Positions 18,049 to 25,910 of a stretch of 64,000 bases of DNA are shown here, in pieces. The stretch spans positions 10,684 to 74,683 of the forward strand of contig CADCGZ010000008.1 in the NCBI GenBank assembly GCA_902801025.1, written 5' to 3'. How positions within the stretch are numbered: position 1 is the first letter of the stretch; each line of letters starts with the position of its first letter. The DNA comes from an uncultured bacterium (lineage in GTDB: Bacteria; Verrucomicrobiota; Kiritimatiellia; RFP12; UBA1067). The notes under the pieces are model-generated. The model was not told the DNA's origin, did no database searches, and saw nothing but the letters and a program-made list of their open reading frames with translations. The translations under genes and the position numbers were made by a program.

Positions 18049-19562
18049 AAAGATTGAGTGCCTTGGCGTGCGCCGTATTCGCCGCCGCTTCACATGCCGG
18101 CGTCGTGGCAGACTTCGGCGTCGAAACGGGCCGGCTTCGCCCGGAGCTGCATTCCGCCGGATTCGGGCCGCAGATATGCTCGTGTCCGCCGTCCGTTGTC
18201 GAAGAAGTGAAGTCGATGGGCTTCAAGGCGTCGCGGACGCACGACTGGGCGCTGCTGAACCCCAACCAGCGCGTCTGCGACTGCCACCACATATTTCCGT
18301 TGATGCACCTTGACGCCGCGGAGCCGAAGAACTATGTATTCGGACCTACGGATTATCTCCTGAGGCGGACGCGCGAGGAGCTCGGAACAGAAATATTCTT
18401 CCGCCTGGGCACCTCAATCGAGCATTCCGGGACTAAGACCCACTTCAACTCGCTCATCCCCGCTGATTTCGAGAAGATGGCCGAGACCTTCGCCGGCACG
18501 ATACGCCACTACAACCGCGGCTGGGCCGATGGTCAGGAGTGGGGCATAAGGTACTGGGAGATATGGAACGAGCCCGATGGGCAAAACAACATGTGGTGCC
18601 TTCCAGACGGCGACTTTGGCCAGGGCGACACCAAGGAGGCGCGGGTCGCAGACGCGGCCGCGCGCGAGAAGAGGCGGCTTGATCTGTTCGTCAAGTTCTT
18701 CGTGACCTGCCTTAAGCGGATAAAAGACGAGTTCGGCGACACCGTCAAGGTCGGCGGCCCCGCGCTCTGCACTTGGCGGGAGTCGCGCCCGGACCGCATC
18801 GGCACCGAGGCGTATTTCCGGTCGCTCTTCGCCGCCTGCCGCGAAGCCGGCGTCGCGCCTGACTTCATCTCGTGGCACTACTACGGGAACAAGCCGGGCG
18901 ACGTATTGGCGGCGGTCGAGCGGGCGCGGAAGCTCTGCGACGACGAGGGCTTCCCGAAGTGCGAACTGGTCCTGAATGAATGGCACTACAAGAACGTCGG
19001 ATGGGATACGCTTCGCTCAAGGGACCCCAAGGTGCGGCAGAGGGTGTGGTCGGGTCCTGCATCGCACAACGGGATCGACTCTTCCTGCTTCAACCTGACG
19101 CTATTGTCGAGGTTCCAGACGTCGAAGCTGGACCAGGCCTACTACTACGGATGCAAGAACACCGGCGCCTGGGGCTACAAGAGCGAGCAGGGAGACAAAT
19201 ACAAGGTCTATTACGGGCTAAGGATGTTCGGCGACTTCCTGCGGGAATTTCCGGTCATGTGTGCGTCGGAGAGCGACATTCCCGGCGTGACCGTCATTTC
19301 GGCAAAATCCGCCGACGGCGTGCGCTGCGCAGTTCTCGTAACCGACTACAGGTCGTCTCTTCGGGAGCTGTCCGCGGAAATCAGGGGAGTCGCGCCTGAC
19401 GCGGAGTGCGAAGTGCTTGTCCACGACTACGAGCGCGACATGGAATCGGTGAAAGCGAGACTCGAAGGGGGGAAGTTGCTCCTTGAGAAGCGCGATGCCA
19501 ACAGTGCGGCGTTCCTCGTGACGTTCCCGGCTGCAGCCGCGGAATTTCGCATCGATCGTTAA
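18045..19562 (+). CDS. glycoside hydrolase, clan GH-A TIM barrel (GH39/GH5-like)
   Basis: Signal peptide. YWEIWNEPDG acid/base-type motif and LVLNEWHY candidate nucleophile strand. ATGA overlap with the upstream gene. Confidence 0.55.
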   Translation: MKRLSALACAVFAAASHAGVVADFGVETGRLRPELHSAGFGPQICSCPPSVVEEVKSMGFKASRTHDWALLNPNQRVCDCHHIFPLMHLDAAEPKNYVFGPTDYLLRRTREELGTEIFFRLGTSIEHSGTKTHFNSLIPADFEKMAETFAGTIRHYNRGWADGQEWGIRYWEIWNEPDGQNNMWCLPDGDFGQGDTKEARVADAAAREKRRLDLFVKFFVTCLKRIKDEFGDTVKVGGPALCTWRESRPDRIGTEAYFRSLFAACREAGVAPDFISWHYYGNKPGDVLAAVERARKLCDDEGFPKCELVLNEWHYKNVGWDTLRSRDPKVRQRVWSGPASHNGIDSSCFNLTLLSRFQTSKLDQAYYYGCKNTGAWGYKSEQGDKYKVYYGLRMFGDFLREFPVMCASESDIPGVTVISAKSADGVRCAVLVTDYRSSLRELSAEIRGVAPDAECEVLVHDYERDMESVKARLEGGKLLLEKRDANSAAFLVTFPAAAAEFRIDR

Positions 19563-19583
19563 AATGCACAGGGAGGGGACATC

Positions 19584-20879
19584 GTGACTAAAAGGATTGC
19601 TATGATGTTCGCGGTGCTGCTGGCTTTCGCCGGGGCTCACGCGGAGAACGTGTGGACGCTTGGCTCGTATCGTCCGAAGTGCGGGTGGCCGCTGACGAGT
19701 CCCGATGGAGCGGTCACAGTCATCCTTGCCGGCGGGCGCGACGCCGACTTCTCGTCGGGGAATGTCGAGCTCCTGGGGTCTTCCATGTATGCCGGCCGCT
19801 CGCTCGTGACAGGAGAAGGCGTCATCGACATGCGTGGGCTGGTCATCGCGCATGGAGAACGTCGCATCAAGGTAACGGCCTTGTCGATCGGGGCGTTCTT
19901 CCTCTTCGAGAAGGGAGGAATCAGCGCCTTCTACGCAGACCATGTCGTAAAGGTGGGGAGCAAGTCCTTCGCGCGTGCGGCACAACTCGGCGAGGTGTCG
20001 CTGGAGGGCACGGCCGACGCGCTGCCTGACGGAACGTCGGCGCAGCATCCGTCGAACCGCGTCGGCGTGTTCTCTGACTGCCCTGCGCTGACAAACATGA
20101 CGCTGTCGCTGCCGCTCGTCTCGATCGGAGCCGTCGCTTTCGCAGGGTCGCGCGGCCTGGCGGCCGATGTCGCCGACCTCGTTCCAAAAGGCGTGACGAA
20201 CATCGGCACATGCGCGTTCCTGCACGCCTCGTCGATTCGCGGGACGCTTGAGACGACGGCCGTCCGGTCGGTGGGCGCTCGCGCGTTCCAGAGCGCCGGC
20301 TTCGACGAGATCCGCCTCGGCTGCGACGACTCGCTGAAGAGTTTCCCCTCGGGCGGGTCGTCCGGCGGAAATGCCTACGGCGTCTTTACGCAATGCCCTA
20401 ACCTCACGAACCTCGAGATACGCGCACATGGCCTTGTGTCCATGGGCAACCTGAACTTCGGCGACTCTCCGGCGTTGCGACGCTTCGCGGCAGATGCGCC
20501 GAAGCTCCAGTCGCTTGGCGGCACTCGCGGATGCTGCAACGGGATGCCGGCTCTCGAGAAGGTAGAGATGAACACGCCTGTCCTGCGCGAAGTCGGGGAT
20601 TCCTGGCCTCCGTTCAATGCGTCGCGCAGGATTGGCGAAGTCGTGTGGCGGTCCGATGCGCCGTCCCCTGCAGTCGTGAAGAGGATACTGAAGGGCGTGC
20701 CCGCCGTCTCCAACACATCGGAGTGCGGCAAGAAATGCATCTTCCGCATCCCGCGCGGCAACGAGTCCTGGAAGGCGCTCGCCTCGGAGTTCGAGGGACG
20801 CGAGGCCGAATTCGCGCCGCCAGGATGCCTTGGCGTAGTCTTTGCTTCGTCGCGAAAGGCATGGGTCGTAGAGGAATGA
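19584..20879 (+). CDS. BspA-type leucine-rich-repeat surface protein
   Basis: GTG start 5 nt after GGGAGGGG. Signal peptide MTKRIAMMFAVLLAFAGAHA. Repeated units of the type IG..AF.G...L..V..P..V..IG..AF. Confidence 0.65.
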   Translation: MTKRIAMMFAVLLAFAGAHAENVWTLGSYRPKCGWPLTSPDGAVTVILAGGRDADFSSGNVELLGSSMYAGRSLVTGEGVIDMRGLVIAHGERRIKVTALSIGAFFLFEKGGISAFYADHVVKVGSKSFARAAQLGEVSLEGTADALPDGTSAQHPSNRVGVFSDCPALTNMTLSLPLVSIGAVAFAGSRGLAADVADLVPKGVTNIGTCAFLHASSIRGTLETTAVRSVGARAFQSAGFDEIRLGCDDSLKSFPSGGSSGGNAYGVFTQCPNLTNLEIRAHGLVSMGNLNFGDSPALRRFAADAPKLQSLGGTRGCCNGMPALEKVEMNTPVLREVGDSWPPFNASRRIGEVVWRSDAPSPAVVKRILKGVPAVSNTSECGKKCIFRIPRGNESWKALASEFEGREAEFAPPGCLGVVFASSRKAWVVEE

Positions 20880-21838
20880 CACGGGAAGGGCGGCGTAATA
20901 TGGATGTTTTGTCGACAAATGGCGGCGGCACGAGCGGCAATATGATGTCCCGGAGGGATTTCATGGTCGGCGCAGCGACGATGGCGGTCGGCAAACCGGG
21001 GGTTATTCCGGCGGAGGACGAAATCTCGGCTTGGCAGCGCGATACGGAGCTTGTCTCTGCGGCGACATACACGCAGTATATGGCAGACGGAGACACGAGG
21101 GGTTTTGTCGCGCTTGAGCGGCTTGAAGCGGCCGCCGAGAAGGTGATGCGCGAGGCAAGGGAAGCCGCCGTGCACGACGTTCCTGCCGTCTGGAGCGTGT
21201 ATAACATGGGGTATGTCGTCAAGACGCGCGAGTCGCTTTTTGCGATAGACCTCGTCCATCGTCGCGACGCCGAGTTCGCGCCTATGCTCGACTTCGCCCT
21301 CGTCACCCACAACCACCGCGACCACTGGCGCAGCGGATTCTACAGGGCGATGGACGGCGCGGGCAAGACGGTCGTGTCGAACTTCCTTGACAATTTTGGC
21401 GTGCGCAACTGGAGACGCGACGGCGGCTACACGCGCGCTAGGAAGGTGTTCAAGTTCAAGGACGTGGAGGTGAGGACGTCGCTTGTCGACCACAACGACT
21501 ACCTCGTCGACTTCACCACGGCGTTTGAGGTAAAGGTAGGCGAATGGACGCTTTTCCACACTGGCGATGCAGGGCTTGGAACGGAGCACAAGCTCGAGAC
21601 CGCATGGGGTCGGCCTGATCTCTGGCTGTTTTTCCCGGGATGCGGGATAGACGTGAAGAAGGCGGTCGGGAAGGTCGCCGCCAAGAGGGTCGTATTCGGG
21701 CACTTGTGGGAGCTTGGCCACCGGCATGGGCACAAGGGTCGGCTTGACGAGCCGCTGATACGCCCGCGCCTCGTCCAGGCGAGAGAGGCTGGGTGCAATG
21801 ACGTATCGCTTGCCTTTTGGGGAGACAGGATCGCATGA
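20876..21838 (+). CDS. MBL-fold metallo-hydrolase with Tat-like signal
   Basis: Twin-arginine-like SRRDFMVGAA. HxHxDH motif as THNHRDHW. The start is uncertain: 20876 (ATGA overlap), 20900 or 20942. The tracked 20531 start lies inside the upstream gene. Confidence 0.7.
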   Translation: MTREGRRNMDVLSTNGGGTSGNMMSRRDFMVGAATMAVGKPGVIPAEDEISAWQRDTELVSAATYTQYMADGDTRGFVALERLEAAAEKVMREAREAAVHDVPAVWSVYNMGYVVKTRESLFAIDLVHRRDAEFAPMLDFALVTHNHRDHWRSGFYRAMDGAGKTVVSNFLDNFGVRNWRRDGGYTRARKVFKFKDVEVRTSLVDHNDYLVDFTTAFEVKVGEWTLFHTGDAGLGTEHKLETAWGRPDLWLFFPGCGIDVKKAVGKVAAKRVVFGHLWELGHRHGHKGRLDEPLIRPRLVQAREAGCNDVSLAFWGDRIA

Positions 21839-23082
21839 GATCGCGGTATGCTATCTTGCCTGTGCTTTCTGCCACGGCATCTCTCGTCTGCTCCGTCGCT
21901 GCGGCGCATGGGGCGTTCGACGTCCGCGACTTCGGCGCGAAGGGCGACGGCGAGACAAAAGACACGGCGGCGATCCAGCGGGCGATAGACGCCGCGAACG
22001 AAGCGGGCGGCGGCGAGGTGCTGCTGCCAAAGGGCGTCTATCTCTCCGGATCCGTGTTTCTGAAAAGCGGGGTTGACTTCCACCTTGCGGAAGATGCGGT
22101 GCTGAAGGGGAGTCCCGACCCTGCCGACTACAATGCGTTGGACATTGCGCCGCAGAACTGGGGGCGGCTCGGCGTGGGCGACAACATCAGCGGCGGGCAT
22201 CTTCTTCTCTGCGTGGAGCAGGAGAACGTGACGCTGCGCGGACCTGGCAAGATAGATGGAAATGTCGGCGCCTTTCTCAAGATGCCGGACGGCTCGCATC
22301 CCCCGAAGAAACTGATGATACCCTGGCGCCCGGCGCAGATGGTGTGGTTTGTCGAGTCGCGGAACATCGCAATTCGCGACATAGAGCTTGCCGACGCCCC
22401 CTACTGGAGCTGCTTCATCTACGGCTGCGAGGACGTGTCAGTTGAACGGGCGAACATCCATACCGTCCGCACGCCGCACACCTACAACGGCGACGGGCTC
22501 GACATCGACTCCTCGCGCCGAGTGCGCGTGACGGGATGCAGAATCTCGACTGCGGACGACTCCATCACGCTTCGGGCCGCAGGGCAGGGCCGACTGAAGA
22601 ACGATGGGCCCTGCGCGGACATTACGGTGTCCAACTGCACGTTCTCGTCGGACTGCAATGCCATACGACTTGGCGTAGGCAACGGTACGATACGCGACTG
22701 CTCGTTCCACGACATCAAGATCGTGGACACGCGCTATGCGGTGAACGCGGTGGGGGCATGGTCGTCGTCTCCACAGCGTGGCGTGGACATCTCTCGCATA
22801 TCATTCGAGGACATGGACATCGACGCCAAGGGCTTTTGCAAGTTCTACTACCGGAACGCGACCAACAGCGTCTTCGACACCATTTCGTTCAGCCGAGTGC
22901 GGGGCAAGGTGCGCGAACCGTCGATATTCGACGACACGCCAAAGCGTCCGTTCCGCAATCTTGTCTTCGAAGACGTCAAGCTTGAAGGCGAGACATCCCC
23001 CCGCGTCATAGGAACGAGGAATCAGCGCGGCGCTCTCGCCATCTCCTTCGATGACCGCAACCGCGCCGATTGTGAAAGGTGA
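21835..23082 (+). CDS. glycoside hydrolase family 28 (polygalacturonase-like)
   Basis: ATGA overlap at the start. Signal peptide. FDVRDFGAKGDGETKDTAAIQRAID N-terminal block and NGDGLDIDSSRRVRVTGCRISTADDSITL catalytic Asp cluster, both typical of GH28 beta-helices. Confidence 0.8.
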   Translation: MRSRYAILPVLSATASLVCSVAAAHGAFDVRDFGAKGDGETKDTAAIQRAIDAANEAGGGEVLLPKGVYLSGSVFLKSGVDFHLAEDAVLKGSPDPADYNALDIAPQNWGRLGVGDNISGGHLLLCVEQENVTLRGPGKIDGNVGAFLKMPDGSHPPKKLMIPWRPAQMVWFVESRNIAIRDIELADAPYWSCFIYGCEDVSVERANIHTVRTPHTYNGDGLDIDSSRRVRVTGCRISTADDSITLRAAGQGRLKNDGPCADITVSNCTFSSDCNAIRLGVGNGTIRDCSFHDIKIVDTRYAVNAVGAWSSSPQRGVDISRISFEDMDIDAKGFCKFYYRNATNSVFDTISFSRVRGKVREPSIFDDTPKRPFRNLVFEDVKLEGETSPRVIGTRNQRGALAISFDDRNRADCER

Positions 23083-23090
23083 GAGCACTC

Positions 23091-24626
23091 ATGAAAAAAC
23101 TGCGTTTGCATGTGTTGGCCTTTTCGTCCGTTCTGCTGCCTCTTGCCGGCTTGTCGGGAAACGAGGCGAATCCGGATGCGATAGAGCTTGCGCCGTTGCC
23201 GCTACCGGTCGAGTTTACGAGTGACATGGACAACCCAGTCGCGTTCGACGCGTCCACCAAAGTTGTCGTGGACTGCCCTGACGCGGCGGCTGCGGGCTGG
23301 CTCGCTGCGCACTTCGCCGAATGGTACGGAAAGTTCGCCCCAAAGGTGCAGCTTGCAACTTTCAACGCCAATTTCCCGACCAATGCCGAGGCGTATGCGG
23401 TAAAGGTCGACGCCGCTGGCGTGAAGATCGCGGCGCGGACGCTTGCCGGCGTCAGGTGGGCGGCGTATTCCATCCGACAGTTGGTGATTGCTAAGCGCGG
23501 AATCTTCAAGACCGAGGGGCATCTTCTGCCGACGCTCTCCATCTCCGATGCGCCGCATCTCGCGTTCCGCTGCGTGCATATCTGCTGGATGCCGGAAATG
23601 CGCAAGGAGCAGATCGAGCGTGCGATCCGCCTTGCGGCGCTCATGAAGTTCAACTACGCGATCCTCGAGCCGTGGGGAATGTACAGGAGCGAGAAGCATC
23701 CGTGGTGGGGCTGGCCGGAAGGCAAGATGACGAAGGCGGAGGTGCGTCGGCTTGTCGCCATCGGAAATGATCTCGGCATCACGCTCATTCCTCAGATTGC
23801 CGCGTACGGCCATGCGGGTGCTGGTCGGAGTTGCACGCTCAAGAATTCCGTCCTCGATCTCCAGCCCGAGTACGAGCCGCTTTTCGAGCCGGGCGGATGG
23901 AACTGGTGCCTGGCGAATCCAGAGACGCAGCGCGTGCTGCGCGAGTTGATTGTCGAGATGCTTGGCGACTTCGGCAACCCGCCGTACATCCACCTTGGGT
24001 GTGACGAGGCGCAGCCGCCGACGTGCCCCGAGTGCAGGAAGCGCCCCTACGGAGAGCTTGTATGTGAGCACATAGCGAACCTCGCCGCGTTCACGAAGGA
24101 GCATGGTGCCAGGGCGATGATCTGGCACGACATGCTGCTGGACCGCGACGACCCGCGCTGGAAGGGCTACGTCAAGTGCGGCTCGAAGCTCACCGCGACG
24201 CTGGCGGACACGCTCCCGAAGGACGTCATAATCTGCGACTGGCAGTATTCCTACGGCGACATGAAGGAGACGCGCAAGGACTGGCCGACGATGGCGTATT
24301 TCAAGGAGAAGGGCTTCCCTGTCGCCGGGTGCCCGTGGAGGAACTACAACGCCATGAAGCCGATGGCCGACTTCATTGCCGAGATTGGCGGCTTCGGGAT
24401 CATCGAGACGACATGGCATCATCTGCGCGGGAACGACTGGGTGAAGATGTTCCGATACGGATCGTCCGCCGCGTGGGGCACGCCCGTCAGGAAGGGAATG
24501 CCGCAATATGATTCGGAGTTCGCAATTGCCCTTCGTCTTGTCGGGCACGACATGAAGGTGAAGGACTATCGCGATACCGGTCATGTCGACTATCAGGTGC
24601 CGCCTTCGTGGTGGATTGACAACTAA
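23091..24626 (+). CDS. GH20-like glycoside hydrolase (beta-N-acetylhexosaminidase-like)
   Basis: Signal peptide MKKLRLHVLAFSSVLLPLAG. ISDAPHLAFRCVHICWMPE resembles the D.PRF..RG..LD block, and HLGCDEA resembles the H.GGDE catalytic block of GH20. Confidence 0.6.
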   Translation: MKKLRLHVLAFSSVLLPLAGLSGNEANPDAIELAPLPLPVEFTSDMDNPVAFDASTKVVVDCPDAAAAGWLAAHFAEWYGKFAPKVQLATFNANFPTNAEAYAVKVDAAGVKIAARTLAGVRWAAYSIRQLVIAKRGIFKTEGHLLPTLSISDAPHLAFRCVHICWMPEMRKEQIERAIRLAALMKFNYAILEPWGMYRSEKHPWWGWPEGKMTKAEVRRLVAIGNDLGITLIPQIAAYGHAGAGRSCTLKNSVLDLQPEYEPLFEPGGWNWCLANPETQRVLRELIVEMLGDFGNPPYIHLGCDEAQPPTCPECRKRPYGELVCEHIANLAAFTKEHGARAMIWHDMLLDRDDPRWKGYVKCGSKLTATLADTLPKDVIICDWQYSYGDMKETRKDWPTMAYFKEKGFPVAGCPWRNYNAMKPMADFIAEIGGFGIIETTWHHLRGNDWVKMFRYGSSAAWGTPVRKGMPQYDSEFAIALRLVGHDMKVKDYRDTGHVDYQVPPSWWIDN

Positions 24627-24707
24627 CTGCTGGCTTACGAAACATTTGTGACAATCGTCGCGGCGGGCATGCCGCGTAAAACCTGAGAAGTGTGGAGCCA
24701 CGTGAAT

Positions 24708-24738
24708 CGGCTGTTTCCGGACGGGCGCTGAAATAGGC
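24708..24738 (+). repeat. 31-nt conserved hairpin element, copy 1
   Basis: CGGCTGTTTCCGGACGGGCGCTGAAATAGGC. 29/31 identical to 34711-34741. 7-bp stem CTGTTTC/GAAATAG (one G.U pair) with a 12-nt loop. Lies 82 nt after the stop of the last gene of the 18-kb operon. Confidence 0.8.
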
Positions 24739-24851
24739 TGAGGCATAGGAGTATGCTTAGTACCACTACGTGACTCCGCAATACTTTTGCAAGATGACCT
24801 TTTAGACATTGACGGACGATATGGCAAGGCTCAAAATTAAAAGTGGTGGTA

Positions 24852-24881
24852 TTGACTTTTGTATATCAACTATGATATAAT
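24852..24881 (+). promoter_or_regulatory. candidate promoter, leaderless layout, for the toxin-antitoxin pair
   Basis: TTGACT (24852-24857), 18-nt spacer, TATAAT (24876-24881), then 7 nt (ACGCGCC) to ATG 24889. Confidence 0.55.
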
Positions 24882-24888
24882 ACGCGCC

Positions 24889-25206
24889 ATGAACAAACAG
24901 CTACATTTTACGCCACAGGCATCGGAATTTTTGACTGAGCAATCGGCTGCAGTCCAGAAATCTTTTTTCGAGAAGTTGAAAAAGCTGTCCGAAGATGGTC
25001 TTCTGCGTGAGCCCGATGCGAAAAAGATAGCGCCTAATCTTTTCGAAATTCGAGTAAAGGTAACTCGGATGCAGTATCGTCTTTTCTACTGCTATGTAGA
25101 TTCAAATGGTATCTGGGTTCTCTCCGGGTTCATAAAGAAGACGCAGAAGACGCCTCAAAAGGAGATTCACAACGCCATCAAGATCAGAAAGGAGGTGGAA
25201 GGATGA
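24889..25206 (+). CDS. type II toxin, RelE/HigB (Gp49-like) family
   Basis: ~105 aa. LFEIRVKVTRMQYRLFYCYVDSNGIWVLSGFIKKTQKTPQKEI matches the Gp49/HigB-type pattern. ATGA overlap with the downstream XRE gene. AT-rich context. Confidence 0.75.
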   Translation: MNKQLHFTPQASEFLTEQSAAVQKSFFEKLKKLSEDGLLREPDAKKIAPNLFEIRVKVTRMQYRLFYCYVDSNGIWVLSGFIKKTQKTPQKEIHNAIKIRKEVEG

Positions 25207-25688
25207 TTCCTCAAAATGACATTGCCGCTGCAGGCAAGGCGCGGGCAAATGCATTCATGGCGCAGTTTGCGGACTATGAGAAGTCGCCTGTTTACAAGAG
25301 GCGCAAAAAGGCGTTGGACGATCGTCAGGCAAAGTCGCTTTCCAAAGACCTTTCTGGAAAGCGCAAGGGTGGCATCGAAGAACTACGCGCAATTCCTGGC
25401 TTTGTTGAGAGTGAGCCTGAAATACGGAAGGAGAATTCCCTGCATTTGGCAATGATGGAAGCCAAGAAGAGGTCGGGACTAAATCAACTTGAAATCGCTG
25501 AACGGTTGGGCATGCCACAGCCGAATGTTTCGCGCATAGAGCACAGTCATATGGTTACGTTCAACACTTTTTCGGCGTATCTTTTTGCGTGTGGTTTTGA
25601 TTTCAAGATTGATCTCCGTCCGATTGCCAGCAGTAAGACTCTGCATTCAAGGCGTCCAGCATTGGTGTCTGACTATGGGGTCTCATAG
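25203..25688 (+). CDS. XRE-family HTH antitoxin (HigA-like) with N-terminal extension
   Basis: HTH block GLNQLEIAERLGMPQPNVSRIEH in the C-terminal half. Translationally coupled to the toxin gene in toxin-first order, as in higBA. Confidence 0.75.
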   Translation: MIPQNDIAAAGKARANAFMAQFADYEKSPVYKRRKKALDDRQAKSLSKDLSGKRKGGIEELRAIPGFVESEPEIRKENSLHLAMMEAKKRSGLNQLEIAERLGMPQPNVSRIEHSHMVTFNTFSAYLFACGFDFKIDLRPIASSKTLHSRRPALVSDYGVS

Positions 25689-25837
25689 TAAGCACGGGTA
25701 GACTATGGGGGCCACATTAGGATGAAAAGGGTTGAGTATAAAGCTCGCCTTGGGGAATTGTTTGGTGTGGATTGAACTGTAATTAACCGGTGCTTGCTTC
25801 TAAAGTAGGCATAGATTTGTTTCGCAATTAGGCAACT

Positions 25838-25849
25838 GTCAAATTTGAC
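25838..25849. promoter_or_regulatory. perfect 12-bp palindrome GTCAAATTTGAC (candidate operator)
   Basis: Self-complementary as read. The flanking CAACT...AGTTG extends the symmetry imperfectly. Confidence 0.4.
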
Positions 25850-25874
25850 GAGAGTTGTCTGGTTTTGCTATTCT
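25845..25874 (+). promoter_or_regulatory. candidate promoter of the Pmp-like gene
   Basis: TTGACG (25845-25850), 18-nt spacer, TATTCT (25869-25874). The -35 box overlaps the palindrome at 25838-25849. Confidence 0.35.
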
Positions 25875-25910
25875 ACAGGCACACTTAGTTCAACCATAGG
25901 GAACAACGAC

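Noticed and set aside
24659-24676. Hairpin CGCGGC-GGGCAT-GCCGCG after the GH20-like gene, as an intrinsic terminator.
   Set aside because: The stem is only 6 bp and it is followed by TAAAACC rather than a U-tract, so it is not convincing as a Rho-independent terminator.
24690-24731. Mini-ORFs ending in a shared peptide: MWSHVNRLFPDGR (GTG 24690) and MAVCSPKRLFPGGR (ATG 34690).
   Set aside because: The shared C-terminus is just the translation of the conserved 31-nt hairpin element. The N-terminal parts are unrelated, there is no SD site, and one copy needs a GTG start. Conservation is better explained at the nucleotide or RNA level.
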